The notes beneath the pieces were generated by a model. It did not search any database, had not been told where the DNA came from, and was given only the letters and a program-made list of their open reading frames with translations. The translations under genes and the position numbers were made by a program. From Candidatus Peribacteria bacterium (GTDB lineage: Bacteria; Patescibacteriota; Gracilibacteria; UBA1369; LOWO2-01-FULL-3), in assembly GCA_943357285.1 (NCBI GenBank), contig CALRGJ010000006.1:10428-74427 (forward strand): DNA of 64,000 bases, in the 5' to 3' direction. Positions 36,040 to 44,649 of this stretch are shown here, one piece after another; positions within the stretch are counted from its first letter, which is position 1, and each line of letters opens with the position of its first letter.

Positions 36040-37060
36040 ATTAACACAACTTATCTTCGTCTTATTTTTGATAAGTTTTTCTCCTAGTCTCATCGCCTCT
36101 GCTGAGGAAACTGCTCAACCAGTCGAATCAACGCCGGTAGAAACGGCGCCAATAATAGTCCCAGTGGTGGAAGAATCTCCCGTGGTTGAAGAAACTCCAG
36201 TGCTTGTTGAGCCCGTTCCAGTTACAGAACCTATCGTAGAAGTCACGCCTGTTAGCGAGCCTGCTCCGATTGTCGATGCTACAGTGGTGACACCTCCCGC
36301 AGATACACCTCCATCCGAAGATATCACTATAGAAGAAGACAAAGATCTTTTGGATAAAACTTTTTCTGATCCAGTCGTGGAGACAGAAGTAGAGCAACCT
36401 GAGTCTTTCGGACAGCAAGATCCAGATAAGATATTCAGTGAGGAGAAAATAGATGTTGGTGAAGTTGTTGATTTGAGTAAAAAAAAGGATGAACTCAATA
36501 AATTTGATGATGTCTTCTCCACTGTTAATATTGAACAGGAAATTAAAATAGAAAAGAAAAAAGTAGAGGCTTTGCATTCTTGTGCTTTTGACGATTTTTC
36601 AATTGAGATTGGAAGCAATGAAAAAAAATCCACACCAATTCTATTGAAAAAAAGCGGACCTAATAAAAAATTTGGTTTAAAGGTTGGAAGCGTTCCAGAG
36701 GGAATAGAAATAACATTTAGTACAAATAATAGGGATTTTACATCTGGTGAAAGTGGATCGCCGAGTTTAGCTCAAAAATTTTCTGTGCTAGAAACTAAAG
36801 CTGTTAACAAAGAATTGATTTTTACTGAATCTGTTTTAGAGGAAAAAGATCAACAATTTAAAGCTAAAAAGGAAATTAAAATAGATGAGAGGGAAGTTGT
36901 TCCGGAGGAAATTATGATAACAAGCTCGTCCAATTTACAAAAAGGTTCATTCAATATTCCGATTATTTATGCTGAGAGTAATTATGAAATAGGAGAGGAA
37001 AATTTCGATTCAAATTCAACAATAGAAACCAATTGCCAATTTAATCTTATCGTAAAATAA
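36008..37060 (+). CDS. secreted protein with PVE-rich spacer region
   Basis: Signal peptide (LIASA|EE), then ~90 aa of P/V/E/T repeats (PVESTPVETAPIIVPVVEESPVVEETPVLVEPVPVTEP...). It overlaps the upstream gene by 32 nt and the downstream ATG by 1 nt (TAATG). Confidence 0.6.
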   Translation: MGKVLKIKRYRLTQLIFVLFLISFSPSLIASAEETAQPVESTPVETAPIIVPVVEESPVVEETPVLVEPVPVTEPIVEVTPVSEPAPIVDATVVTPPADTPPSEDITIEEDKDLLDKTFSDPVVETEVEQPESFGQQDPDKIFSEEKIDVGEVVDLSKKKDELNKFDDVFSTVNIEQEIKIEKKKVEALHSCAFDDFSIEIGSNEKKSTPILLKKSGPNKKFGLKVGSVPEGIEITFSTNNRDFTSGESGSPSLAQKFSVLETKAVNKELIFTESVLEEKDQQFKAKKEIKIDEREVVPEEIMITSSSNLQKGSFNIPIIYAESNYEIGEENFDSNSTIETNCQFNLIVK

Positions 37061-39936
37061 TGAAAAGAAATTTTACAATTGGAGCATTAATTTTGGGAGC
37101 ATTTAGCTTTTTACTCTTAGCGACTGCCTACGCTAGCAGCGGAGGGCCAGATACTTTTGGGTATACGTACAATACCAGTGCGGGAGTCTCAGCTATTAGT
37201 CACACTGGCGCAGCAACAACCATTGGAGCTAGAGGGGATGATACTTTGTATGGATCTTTCAATATAGGTTTTACTTTTAATTTTTACGGTACTGACTACA
37301 CTACATTCTATGTTTGTAATAATGGTTTCGTTACATTTGTAGGTGGAAATTGTGGTTATAATGAAACTGATATGCCTATAGGAGCAGCACCGAATAATTT
37401 TATTGCTGCTTTCTGGGATGATCTTTATACAAGTGGTACTATTAAATATGAGCTTTTTGGTAGCGCTCCAAATCGTTATATGGTTGTAAGTTTCGAAGGT
37501 ATTAATCATATAAGCTATCAAGCTTCTAGTGCTAATTTTCAGGTGATTCTCTATGAGGGATCTAATAACATTAGACTGCAATATACTGATTCGACGATGG
37601 GAAATGCTTCCGTGGATTATGGTCTTTCCGCAACAGTTGGTATTGAGAATTCGACTGGAAGCTATGCCTTGAAATTTTCATATCGTACATCCAGTCTATC
37701 TGATGGTTTAGCCATTGATTTTGCTGCACCGACACCTACTCTAACTATTGTACAATCTGCCTATAGATTATTTGGTAATTCCAATAGTACAGATGTAAGC
37801 ACTGCCTTGGCTTCTGCTGATACCAGCGCTACGCTGGGAGCAACAAATGCTAAATTTAGATTACGCATGTTGCTACATATTGCCGGGACTTCACTTACTC
37901 AAAATGCGGGATCATTGAAACTGCAATATGTTGGAAAGGGTAGCGGTACTTGTGCAGCACCATCATCCGGCACTCCCTCTGCTTGGACTGACGTAACTAC
38001 TTCAACCGATATTGCTTTTTACAATAATTCCACACCAACTGATGGAGATGCGCTCACCTCAAATGGATCAGATCCAACTCATAGTACTGATACAATTGTG
38101 AATCAAACTTATGAGGAGTCCAATAATTTTTCCAATTCCCAATCTTTAATTGGTGTCGGCCAGGATGGTAAGTGGGATTTTTCACTCTATGATTTTGCCG
38201 GATCTTCAAATATAACTTACTGTTTCCGCATCGTAAACTCAGGAGGAACACTCTTGGATGCCTACAATGTATATCCAGAGCTAACAACTAAGACTGCTGC
38301 AGCAACGTCCGGAGGTCCGGACACTTATGGTTATAGATGGAATAATAGTAATGGAACCGGTGAAGCGTATAGTTGGTATGACATTTCAGCAACTGGTACG
38401 GAAATCACCGGCAGAAGTGATGATAGTATGAGCGGCGTACTGAATGTTGGTTTTACTTTTAATTTTTACGGTAATGATAAAACTATTTTCTATCTCTGTA
38501 ATAATGGATTTATTTCTTTTTCAGGGGCTAACTGTGCGTACATAAATGCAACTATTCCTACCGCCGGCACACCTAATGATTTTATTGCTCCATTTTGGGA
38601 TGATCAATTTACGGCAGGTCATGTCTATTATCAAACTATTGGTTCTGCTCCATCTCGTCAATTAGTGGTTTCTTTTGACGGAATTGATCCCTACAGCAAC
38701 AGAGGCACTGCGGCACTTTCTTATCAAATTATTCTCAATGAAAGTACCAATGTTATAAAGCTACAATACAAAGATGTTGATTCTGGCATAGCAGGATATG
38801 GCGGAGGAGTAGCTGCGACTATTGGTATTGAAAATTCTACAGGAACCGATGGTCTTTTATACTCATTTGATCAAGCCAGCCTAACTGAGAATTATGCTAT
38901 TACGTTTAGTAGTTCCTTACCATATGCTCAATCAGCTTATAGATTTTTCTCCAACAACAATAGTTCCAGTGTTTGGAGCGCTTTTGCAGCCCAAGATACA
39001 CCATATACACTAACGTCCGACGGCGAAGAGTTCAGAATAAGAATGTTGATACACAACGCCGGCTCTTCTTTATCCATAAGTGGAGGAAGTTTTAAGTTGC
39101 AATTTGCGGATAAGGGAGTGGGGACGTGTTCATCTCCTACTGGATCCTGGACGGATATAACAACTTCTACTTCGTTGGCTTATAAAGATAATCCTACACC
39201 AGTTGATGGCGATGCCTTAAACAGCTACTTCAATGATCCTACTCATGGAGGAGATACCATAAATAATCAAACATACGAGGAGGCTAATAATTTCACTAAT
39301 TCCCAGTCTGCAATTGCCAGCGGAGAAGATGGAAAATGGGATTTTTCACTCTATGATAAAAGCGTCAGTGGAGTAAGTACCTTTTGTATAAGAGCCGTGA
39401 CCAGTACGGATGGAACATTCTCAACCTATACTTCTTATCCTCAGATAACCACAGCGCCGGGGGCAAGCTCTTTAACTTTTAGTCTTACAAACTCAACCAT
39501 TGATCTTGGCATGCTGACTTCGACAGCTACTACATCAGCCACTGCAACAACAATATCTGTCACTACAAATGCCACAAACGGATTTCAAGTTTATCTAAGT
39601 GGAGAAGGAAATGGAGCAACTGCGGGATTATATAATTCCGGTAGCGCTTCACTCATTTCCGCTTCTGCTTCCTCCAATGTAGTTTCGAGTGGTACAGCCG
39701 GTTTTGGGATATATGTTGAAAACGCATCTGTTGGAATTACAATTGATGAAGGTTTCGATAATGACGGAGTAACAGATTCAGCCTTCTCCAGATCATCACA
39801 GAAAATTTTTTCCACAACTTCATCAACAGGTGAAGCTCAAACAGCCGACCTTAAATATAAGACAGTGATTGATGCCAGTGTACCGGCGGGAATGTATTCT
39901 GAAATAGTTAGCGTGATTGTGTTTGGATCATTTTGA
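37060..39936 (+). CDS. large secreted adhesin-like protein: two ~390-aa tandem units plus WxL-like C-terminal module
   Basis: Signal peptide. Two copies of SGGPDT[FY]GY...GFTFNFYG...NNGF[VI][TS]F...FWDD (NIDO-like), each followed by QSAYR.F.N.NS...FR[LI]RML[LI]H.AG...GKWDFSLYD...C[FI]R.V. The C-terminus ends ...AGMYSEIVSVIVFGSF-stop. Confidence 0.75.
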   Translation: MKRNFTIGALILGAFSFLLLATAYASSGGPDTFGYTYNTSAGVSAISHTGAATTIGARGDDTLYGSFNIGFTFNFYGTDYTTFYVCNNGFVTFVGGNCGYNETDMPIGAAPNNFIAAFWDDLYTSGTIKYELFGSAPNRYMVVSFEGINHISYQASSANFQVILYEGSNNIRLQYTDSTMGNASVDYGLSATVGIENSTGSYALKFSYRTSSLSDGLAIDFAAPTPTLTIVQSAYRLFGNSNSTDVSTALASADTSATLGATNAKFRLRMLLHIAGTSLTQNAGSLKLQYVGKGSGTCAAPSSGTPSAWTDVTTSTDIAFYNNSTPTDGDALTSNGSDPTHSTDTIVNQTYEESNNFSNSQSLIGVGQDGKWDFSLYDFAGSSNITYCFRIVNSGGTLLDAYNVYPELTTKTAAATSGGPDTYGYRWNNSNGTGEAYSWYDISATGTEITGRSDDSMSGVLNVGFTFNFYGNDKTIFYLCNNGFISFSGANCAYINATIPTAGTPNDFIAPFWDDQFTAGHVYYQTIGSAPSRQLVVSFDGIDPYSNRGTAALSYQIILNESTNVIKLQYKDVDSGIAGYGGGVAATIGIENSTGTDGLLYSFDQASLTENYAITFSSSLPYAQSAYRFFSNNNSSSVWSAFAAQDTPYTLTSDGEEFRIRMLIHNAGSSLSISGGSFKLQFADKGVGTCSSPTGSWTDITTSTSLAYKDNPTPVDGDALNSYFNDPTHGGDTINNQTYEEANNFTNSQSAIASGEDGKWDFSLYDKSVSGVSTFCIRAVTSTDGTFSTYTSYPQITTAPGASSLTFSLTNSTIDLGMLTSTATTSATATTISVTTNATNGFQVYLSGEGNGATAGLYNSGSASLISASASSNVVSSGTAGFGIYVENASVGITIDEGFDNDGVTDSAFSRSSQKIFSTTSSTGEAQTADLKYKTVIDASVPAGMYSEIVSVIVFGSF
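37138..39456 (+). repeat. internal tandem duplication (about 2 x 1.16 kb) within the 958-aa CDS
   Basis: Unit 1 is 37138-38304 (aa 27-415). Unit 2 is 38305-39456 (from aa 416). They are colinear at protein level with many identical blocks. Confidence 0.8.
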
Positions 39937-40353
39937 GGCTACAGCATTTTCTATCGGTGCTAAAACTTTCTGAATTTCTTCCAGAGTTTTAGAATTGTTT
40001 TTTTCACTTTCTGCTTTTTCTAAACTAGCTTTGACCTCACCAATTTTCTGAGTAGCTTCTTGAAGTTGTTTATTTGCATCTATATTTTTTGATGCTAACA
40101 AATCTTGGAACGCTTTGTCCGCAGAGTTATCATTTACTTTCTTTTGTAATTCGGCAACTTTTTGTTCTGCTTTTTGCAAATTATCTTTCAGTTCGGTCTG
40201 TTTATCAGTCAGCGTTTCATTTTTTGTCTCTACTTTTTTGTCAGCATATTCAGCTCCACTCTTTGGTTCCGGCTTTTCACCTGAAAAGTAAACCAAACGG
40301 CATGGCTGGAAAGAATAATTTGATTCGAATGATGTGAATTTTTGAGTTTTCAT
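39928..40353 (-). CDS. hypothetical coiled-coil protein
   Basis: 141 aa, Lys/Glu/Gln-rich heptad-like sequence. The 3' end overlaps the convergent adhesin gene by 9 nt. Confidence 0.5.
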   Translation of the reverse strand: MKTQKFTSFESNYSFQPCRLVYFSGEKPEPKSGAEYADKKVETKNETLTDKQTELKDNLQKAEQKVAELQKKVNDNSADKAFQDLLASKNIDANKQLQEATQKIGEVKASLEKAESEKNNSKTLEEIQKVLAPIENAVASK

Positions 40354-40356
40354 TAA

Positions 40357-40743
40357 TTAAATTTTATCTAATTGTTCTAAAAGTTGACCTAGTACTTTCT
40401 CATCATTAGTTTGGCTTTTCACCTCTGCGTAATTACTTACCGCTAGGGAATACTGACGTTCTATATTATTTAATCTAGCCATTAAATCATTTATTGCCGC
40501 TATCTGAGAATCAACCTCAACCATTTTTGATTTTTCTGCTGCTGCCAAATCGGATTGTTCTTTTTCAAAAATTGCTATCAAAGCTTGTTGTTTTTCTCCC
40601 TGGGCTGCTGCCAATTTTTCAATTAATTGAGTCTGAACAGATTCATTTAGTGAAATAATAGCTGGTGATCCCATTGCTAAGGAGCGTAAGCGGTCATCCT
40701 GAATTTTGAAGAAATCAACCATAATTTGTTTTTCTATTCCCAT
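40357..40743 (-). CDS. hypothetical coiled-coil protein
   Basis: I prefer the ATG at 40743 (MGIEKQIMVDFF...); the track uses a TTG at 40779. It lies 3 nt upstream of the next coiled-coil ORF. Confidence 0.5.
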   Translation of the reverse strand: MGIEKQIMVDFFKIQDDRLRSLAMGSPAIISLNESVQTQLIEKLAAAQGEKQQALIAIFEKEQSDLAAAEKSKMVEVDSQIAAINDLMARLNNIERQYSLAVSNYAEVKSQTNDEKVLGQLLEQLDKI

Positions 40744-40817
40744 AATTATACCATAAAACGGGCATTTATTAAACCACAAAAGAGTTAAAAACTACCGCTA
40801 ATCTGTATAATTGCCAC

Positions 40818-41222
40818 ATGCAATATTGGATACTAAAAACAGAGCCGGCCACCTATTCATGGAGTACTTTCATCAAGGAGAAAAAGACCTTTTGGAATGG
40901 AGTTCGCAACTATCAAGCTAGAAATAACCTCGCTAAGATGAAAGTGGGGGATTTGGGCTTCTTTTACCACTCCGGTGAGGAAAGAAGAATTATGGGAGTG
41001 GCCAAAGTGACGAGAGAAGCTCATCAGGATAATCTCACAGAAGACCCTCGGTGGGTTATGGTAGATATGGAACCGGTCAAGGCACTTAAGGCTCCAGTGA
41101 GCCTCAGTCTCATCAAGGAAGTCCCAGAGCTTCAGCATATCAAATTAGTACGCCAAAGCCGCTTATCGGTAAGTGAATTAACCAAAGAAGAGTTCGAACT
41201 TATCCAATCACTCGGAAATTGA
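40818..41222 (+). CDS. EVE (PUA-like) domain protein
   Basis: MQYWILKTEP..YSW.......WNGVRNYQARNNLAKMKVGDLGFFYHSG matches the EVE/thymocyte-nuclear-protein-like pattern. Confidence 0.85.
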   Translation: MQYWILKTEPATYSWSTFIKEKKTFWNGVRNYQARNNLAKMKVGDLGFFYHSGEERRIMGVAKVTREAHQDNLTEDPRWVMVDMEPVKALKAPVSLSLIKEVPELQHIKLVRQSRLSVSELTKEEFELIQSLGN

Positions 41223-42446
41223 ATCTCCAATCAACCTTCCAGTACACCAAGCTGCCTGAAGATTAAAGCCACCAGTAAATCCATCCACATCTAAAATCTC
41301 TCCGGCAAAATATAGGCCAGGACAAATTTTTGATTCTAAGGTCTTGGGATTTATTTCTTTAGAATTAATTCCTCCAGCAGTGACAAATTCTTCGCCGGCT
41401 GATCGACCTACCACAGTAATGATAGCATTCTTCAGCCATTCCACGGCTTTATTGATTTCGTATTTTCCGATTTCCGCATTTATTTTTTTTGTCTCTATCC
41501 CTATGTCATAACAAATTACTTGAGCTAAAGATTTAGGAATAAAAAAGTCTAATGTATTAACAAAAGATTTTTTAGGATTTTCTCTCAACGCTTTTCTGAT
41601 TTTTTCTGCCATTTCCTCGTAATTAAACTCCGGCAGAAAATCTATAAACATCTTCACTTCCTTTTTTAGATCAGACAGCTCAAATGCCGCCATCGATGAA
41701 AGAGCGAAAACAGCAGGTCCTGTAATTCCATTATGTGTAAACAAAAACGCTCCTTCAAATTTAGAAGTTTTATCTCCAACAATTTTTAGCCCTGACTTTT
41801 TAAATGAGACACCTGCCAAATCTTTAATCCATTTCTCTTTCAAGATAAATGCATTCAGGCTTGGAGCTAGTGGGGTAATACTATGCCCAAGTTCCTCAGC
41901 AAATGAATATCCATCACCTGTAGAACCAGTAGTTTTATATGCCTGACCACCTGTAGTAATAATCAATTTATCCACCTTCAGATAATTACCATCGGCAAAA
42001 TCTAAGACAAATTTAGACCCTTCTTTCTTTACCACATTAACTTTTGTTTTCAGCATCACTTCCACATCTTCCTTTGCGAAAATATTCTCGAAAACACCCA
42101 CCACATCCCCACCATCATTTGATCTGGGAAACACTCGTAGATCAGCTTCAGTTTTTAGTGGTACACCATGAGCTTCAAACCACTCATAAACTTTATCTGG
42201 TGGAAAATTATACATCGCAAATTTAATCAGATTTTTTCCGCGAGGATATTTTGTTAAAACATCTTCGATATCTTTTATGCCGGTCGTAACATTGCATCTG
42301 CCACCTCCTGAGATGATAACCTTATTTCCTAAAATGGAATTTTTTTCTATCAAAAAAACTTGAACACCATCGGTATCATTTTCAGCCAAAGTCGCTGCGC
42401 ACATCATGCCCGCTGCACCTCCTCCAATAATTGCAATTTTCATCAT
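41208..42446 (-). CDS. HI0933/BaiN-family NAD(P)/FAD-dependent oxidoreductase
   Basis: IAIIGGGAAGMMCA, ISGGGRCNVT and the C-terminal GEILDVDGFTGGFNLQAAW are family hallmarks. Confidence 0.9.
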   Translation of the reverse strand: MMKIAIIGGGAAGMMCAATLAENDTDGVQVFLIEKNSILGNKVIISGGGRCNVTTGIKDIEDVLTKYPRGKNLIKFAMYNFPPDKVYEWFEAHGVPLKTEADLRVFPRSNDGGDVVGVFENIFAKEDVEVMLKTKVNVVKKEGSKFVLDFADGNYLKVDKLIITTGGQAYKTTGSTGDGYSFAEELGHSITPLAPSLNAFILKEKWIKDLAGVSFKKSGLKIVGDKTSKFEGAFLFTHNGITGPAVFALSSMAAFELSDLKKEVKMFIDFLPEFNYEEMAEKIRKALRENPKKSFVNTLDFFIPKSLAQVICYDIGIETKKINAEIGKYEINKAVEWLKNAIITVVGRSAGEEFVTAGGINSKEINPKTLESKICPGLYFAGEILDVDGFTGGFNLQAAWCTGRLIGDSISE

Positions 42447-42937
42447 CTGTAATTCGTGAACTGAAGCGGAATCTTCATCTCTGGTCTTACCTTCAGAAAC
42501 GACATAATAGCTTGTAGATCGTCAATTGATTTGGAGCTTATCCTGACTGTTTCACCTTGAATTGATGATTTTGCTTTAGGGAAATTTTCTTTAAGTAATT
42601 TTGTTATAATTTTAGAAGTTTCCTGATCCAAAACTTTCAGTAATTTCATTACTTGTCTCACTCTCATTCCTCCAGCTTCTTCAATTTTTTGTCTGTCTAA
42701 AATCCTTGGAGAAAGGTTTCTTCCAGCCATTTTTCTAGATAAAATATCATGCACGGCTTCAATCTGAAATTCATTTTCCGCATTAACTTTAAACTCAGTA
42801 TCAGTTAGCTCGATTTCCAGGTTGGAATTTTTCAAGTCATATCTGTTCAACGCTTCTCTTTTACACTGATCAACAGCATTCTTCATCTCCTGCATATCAA
42901 AGTCTACAACAACATCCATTGAATGATCATCTGCCAT
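42443..42937 (-). CDS. yajQ: YajQ-family nucleotide-binding protein (UPF0234/DUF520)
   Basis: DVVVDFDMQEMKNAVDQCKRE...QGETVRISSKSIDDLQAIMSFLK....IPLQFTNYR aligns with YajQ. The ATG at 42937 gives the family-typical ~164 aa; the ORF track extends to 43027. The stop overlaps the next gene's start (ATGA). Confidence 0.8.
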   Translation of the reverse strand: MADDHSMDVVVDFDMQEMKNAVDQCKREALNRYDLKNSNLEIELTDTEFKVNAENEFQIEAVHDILSRKMAGRNLSPRILDRQKIEEAGGMRVRQVMKLLKVLDQETSKIITKLLKENFPKAKSSIQGETVRISSKSIDDLQAIMSFLKVRPEMKIPLQFTNYR

Positions 42938-43053
42938 ATTTTTAAAGTTAGTGACTGCGACTATTATATTCTTAATCGAAATTTCTTCAATATCGGGCTG
43001 CGAAGTAGCGTTATTTGCCATAATCAAGTAAAATACGCGTCGTATTCAAATAT

Positions 43054-44112
43054 ATGAAAATAGCTGTACTTACATCTGGAGGAGTAGATAGTTCAGTAGC
43101 CTTGAAGCTTTTACAAGAACAAGGACATGACGTTACAGCTTTCTATCTAAAAATTTGGCTCGAAGATGAGCTTTCCTTTCTTGGTGAAAGTTGTCCTTGG
43201 GATGAGGATCTACGTTATGTGCGCGAGATTTGCGATAAGAATAAAATACCTTTGGAAGTCGTTTCAATGCAGAAGGAATATTTTGACACTGTTGTCTCCT
43301 ATACAATCAAAGAAGTGAAATCTGGGCGCACTCCAAATCCTGATGTGATGTGTAACAATAATGTGAAGTTTGGCCTTTTTGTGAAAAAAATTGATAAGAG
43401 TTTTGAAAAAATTGCGACGGGTCATTACGCAGAAGTTTTTAAGAAAGCCGGGATTTATTATTTGAAGAAAACTCCTGATCCAATAAAAGATCAGACTTAT
43501 TTCCTCTCTAACTTAAAGCAGAAACAGTTAGCTCGTCTCGTCTTTCCACTCAAAAATCTCAAAAAAGAACAAGTGCGCAAATTGGCCCAAAAGTACGATT
43601 TGCCAAATAAAGATAGAAAAGATAGTCAGGGAATTTGCTTCCTAGGGAAATTTAAATATAACGATTTTATTAAGCATTATCTTGGAGTGAAAGTCGGAGA
43701 TATTATTGAATTTGAAACTGGTAAAAAATTGGCTGAACATGAAGGGTTTTGGTATTACACAATTGGACAAAGGAAGGGAATTAAACTTTCTGGTGGTCCA
43801 TGGTTCGTTGTGAAAAAGGATATTAAGAAAAATATTGTTTACGTTTCGAGTCATTATCACGAAGCTGATAAAAAAAGAGATATTTTAAAAGTAGGTCACT
43901 TCAATTGGTTCTCAGGAAAAATTCCAATTGCAAAAAATCTAAGAGTCAAACTTCGCCACGGTGAAAATTCTTACAAATGTTCTCTCAAGAAACTTTCAAA
44001 AACTACGGCACAAATCAAAATCTCCGGCAACGACCAGGGAATAGCTCCAGGTCAATTTGCCGCATTCTACAGCGGTAAAATATGCCTTGGATCTGCAGTT
44101 ATTACCGGATAA
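43054..44112 (+). CDS. mnmA: tRNA 2-thiouridine(34) synthase
   Basis: SGGVDSSV PP-loop, NPDVMCN, KDQTYFL and DSQGICF motifs. Confidence 0.95.
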   Translation: MKIAVLTSGGVDSSVALKLLQEQGHDVTAFYLKIWLEDELSFLGESCPWDEDLRYVREICDKNKIPLEVVSMQKEYFDTVVSYTIKEVKSGRTPNPDVMCNNNVKFGLFVKKIDKSFEKIATGHYAEVFKKAGIYYLKKTPDPIKDQTYFLSNLKQKQLARLVFPLKNLKKEQVRKLAQKYDLPNKDRKDSQGICFLGKFKYNDFIKHYLGVKVGDIIEFETGKKLAEHEGFWYYTIGQRKGIKLSGGPWFVVKKDIKKNIVYVSSHYHEADKKRDILKVGHFNWFSGKIPIAKNLRVKLRHGENSYKCSLKKLSKTTAQIKISGNDQGIAPGQFAAFYSGKICLGSAVITG

Positions 44113-44167
44113 TGAATTTTTATCCAAATCATTATATTATTGATTTAATTATTCTTAACCAAATCCT

Positions 44168-44587
44168 ATGTCTCCAGTAAATTATTATGCAATCTTAGTG
44201 TGTGGTGTGGCTTCCTTAATGCTCGGTATGTTTTGGTACGGACCACTTTTTGGCAAGGCTTGGGTGAAGCAGGTAGGAATCACTGAAAAAGAATTAGCTG
44301 AAGGAAGAAAGAAAGGTATGAATGGAATGTGGCCTAACATGCTTATGGCTACCATATCTTCCATGGTTATGGCTTTCGTTTTAACGAATTATCTTAGCTA
44401 TAGCGGAGCAGTAGATATGACAAAAGCTTTGATCGTTGGAGCATTTGTTTGGCTTGGATTCTATGCTACTTCATCAATCAGTCCAGTACTTTGGGAAAAG
44501 AAAACTTGGACATGGTATTTCATCACTATAGGATATCAATTAGCTCAGATTTTAATGTTCACTGCTATTATTGTTAGCTGGAAATAA
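44168..44587 (+). CDS. DUF1761 family membrane protein
   Basis: The N-terminal LGMFWYGPLFGKAW motif plus 4 TM helices. Confidence 0.7.
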   Translation: MSPVNYYAILVCGVASLMLGMFWYGPLFGKAWVKQVGITEKELAEGRKKGMNGMWPNMLMATISSMVMAFVLTNYLSYSGAVDMTKALIVGAFVWLGFYATSSISPVLWEKKTWTWYFITIGYQLAQILMFTAIIVSWK

Positions 44588-44594
44588 CCAAAAC

Positions 44595-44637
44595 AAAAGG
44601 AGCGCCTAATTAATATTTAATTAAACGCTCCTTTTTT
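44595..44637. terminator. bidirectional terminator between convergent genes
   Basis: AAAAGGAGCG ... CGCTCCTTTT with an AT-rich palindromic loop. T-runs are present on both strands. Confidence 0.5.
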
Positions 44638-44649
44638 ATTTAAGATTTT

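Noticed and set aside
36115-36633. Two antisense ORFs (172 and 149 aa) opposite the PVE-rich gene
   Set aside because: They are low-complexity S/T/G-rich mirror frames of a repetitive coding region. The sense frame has a signal peptide and operon coupling.
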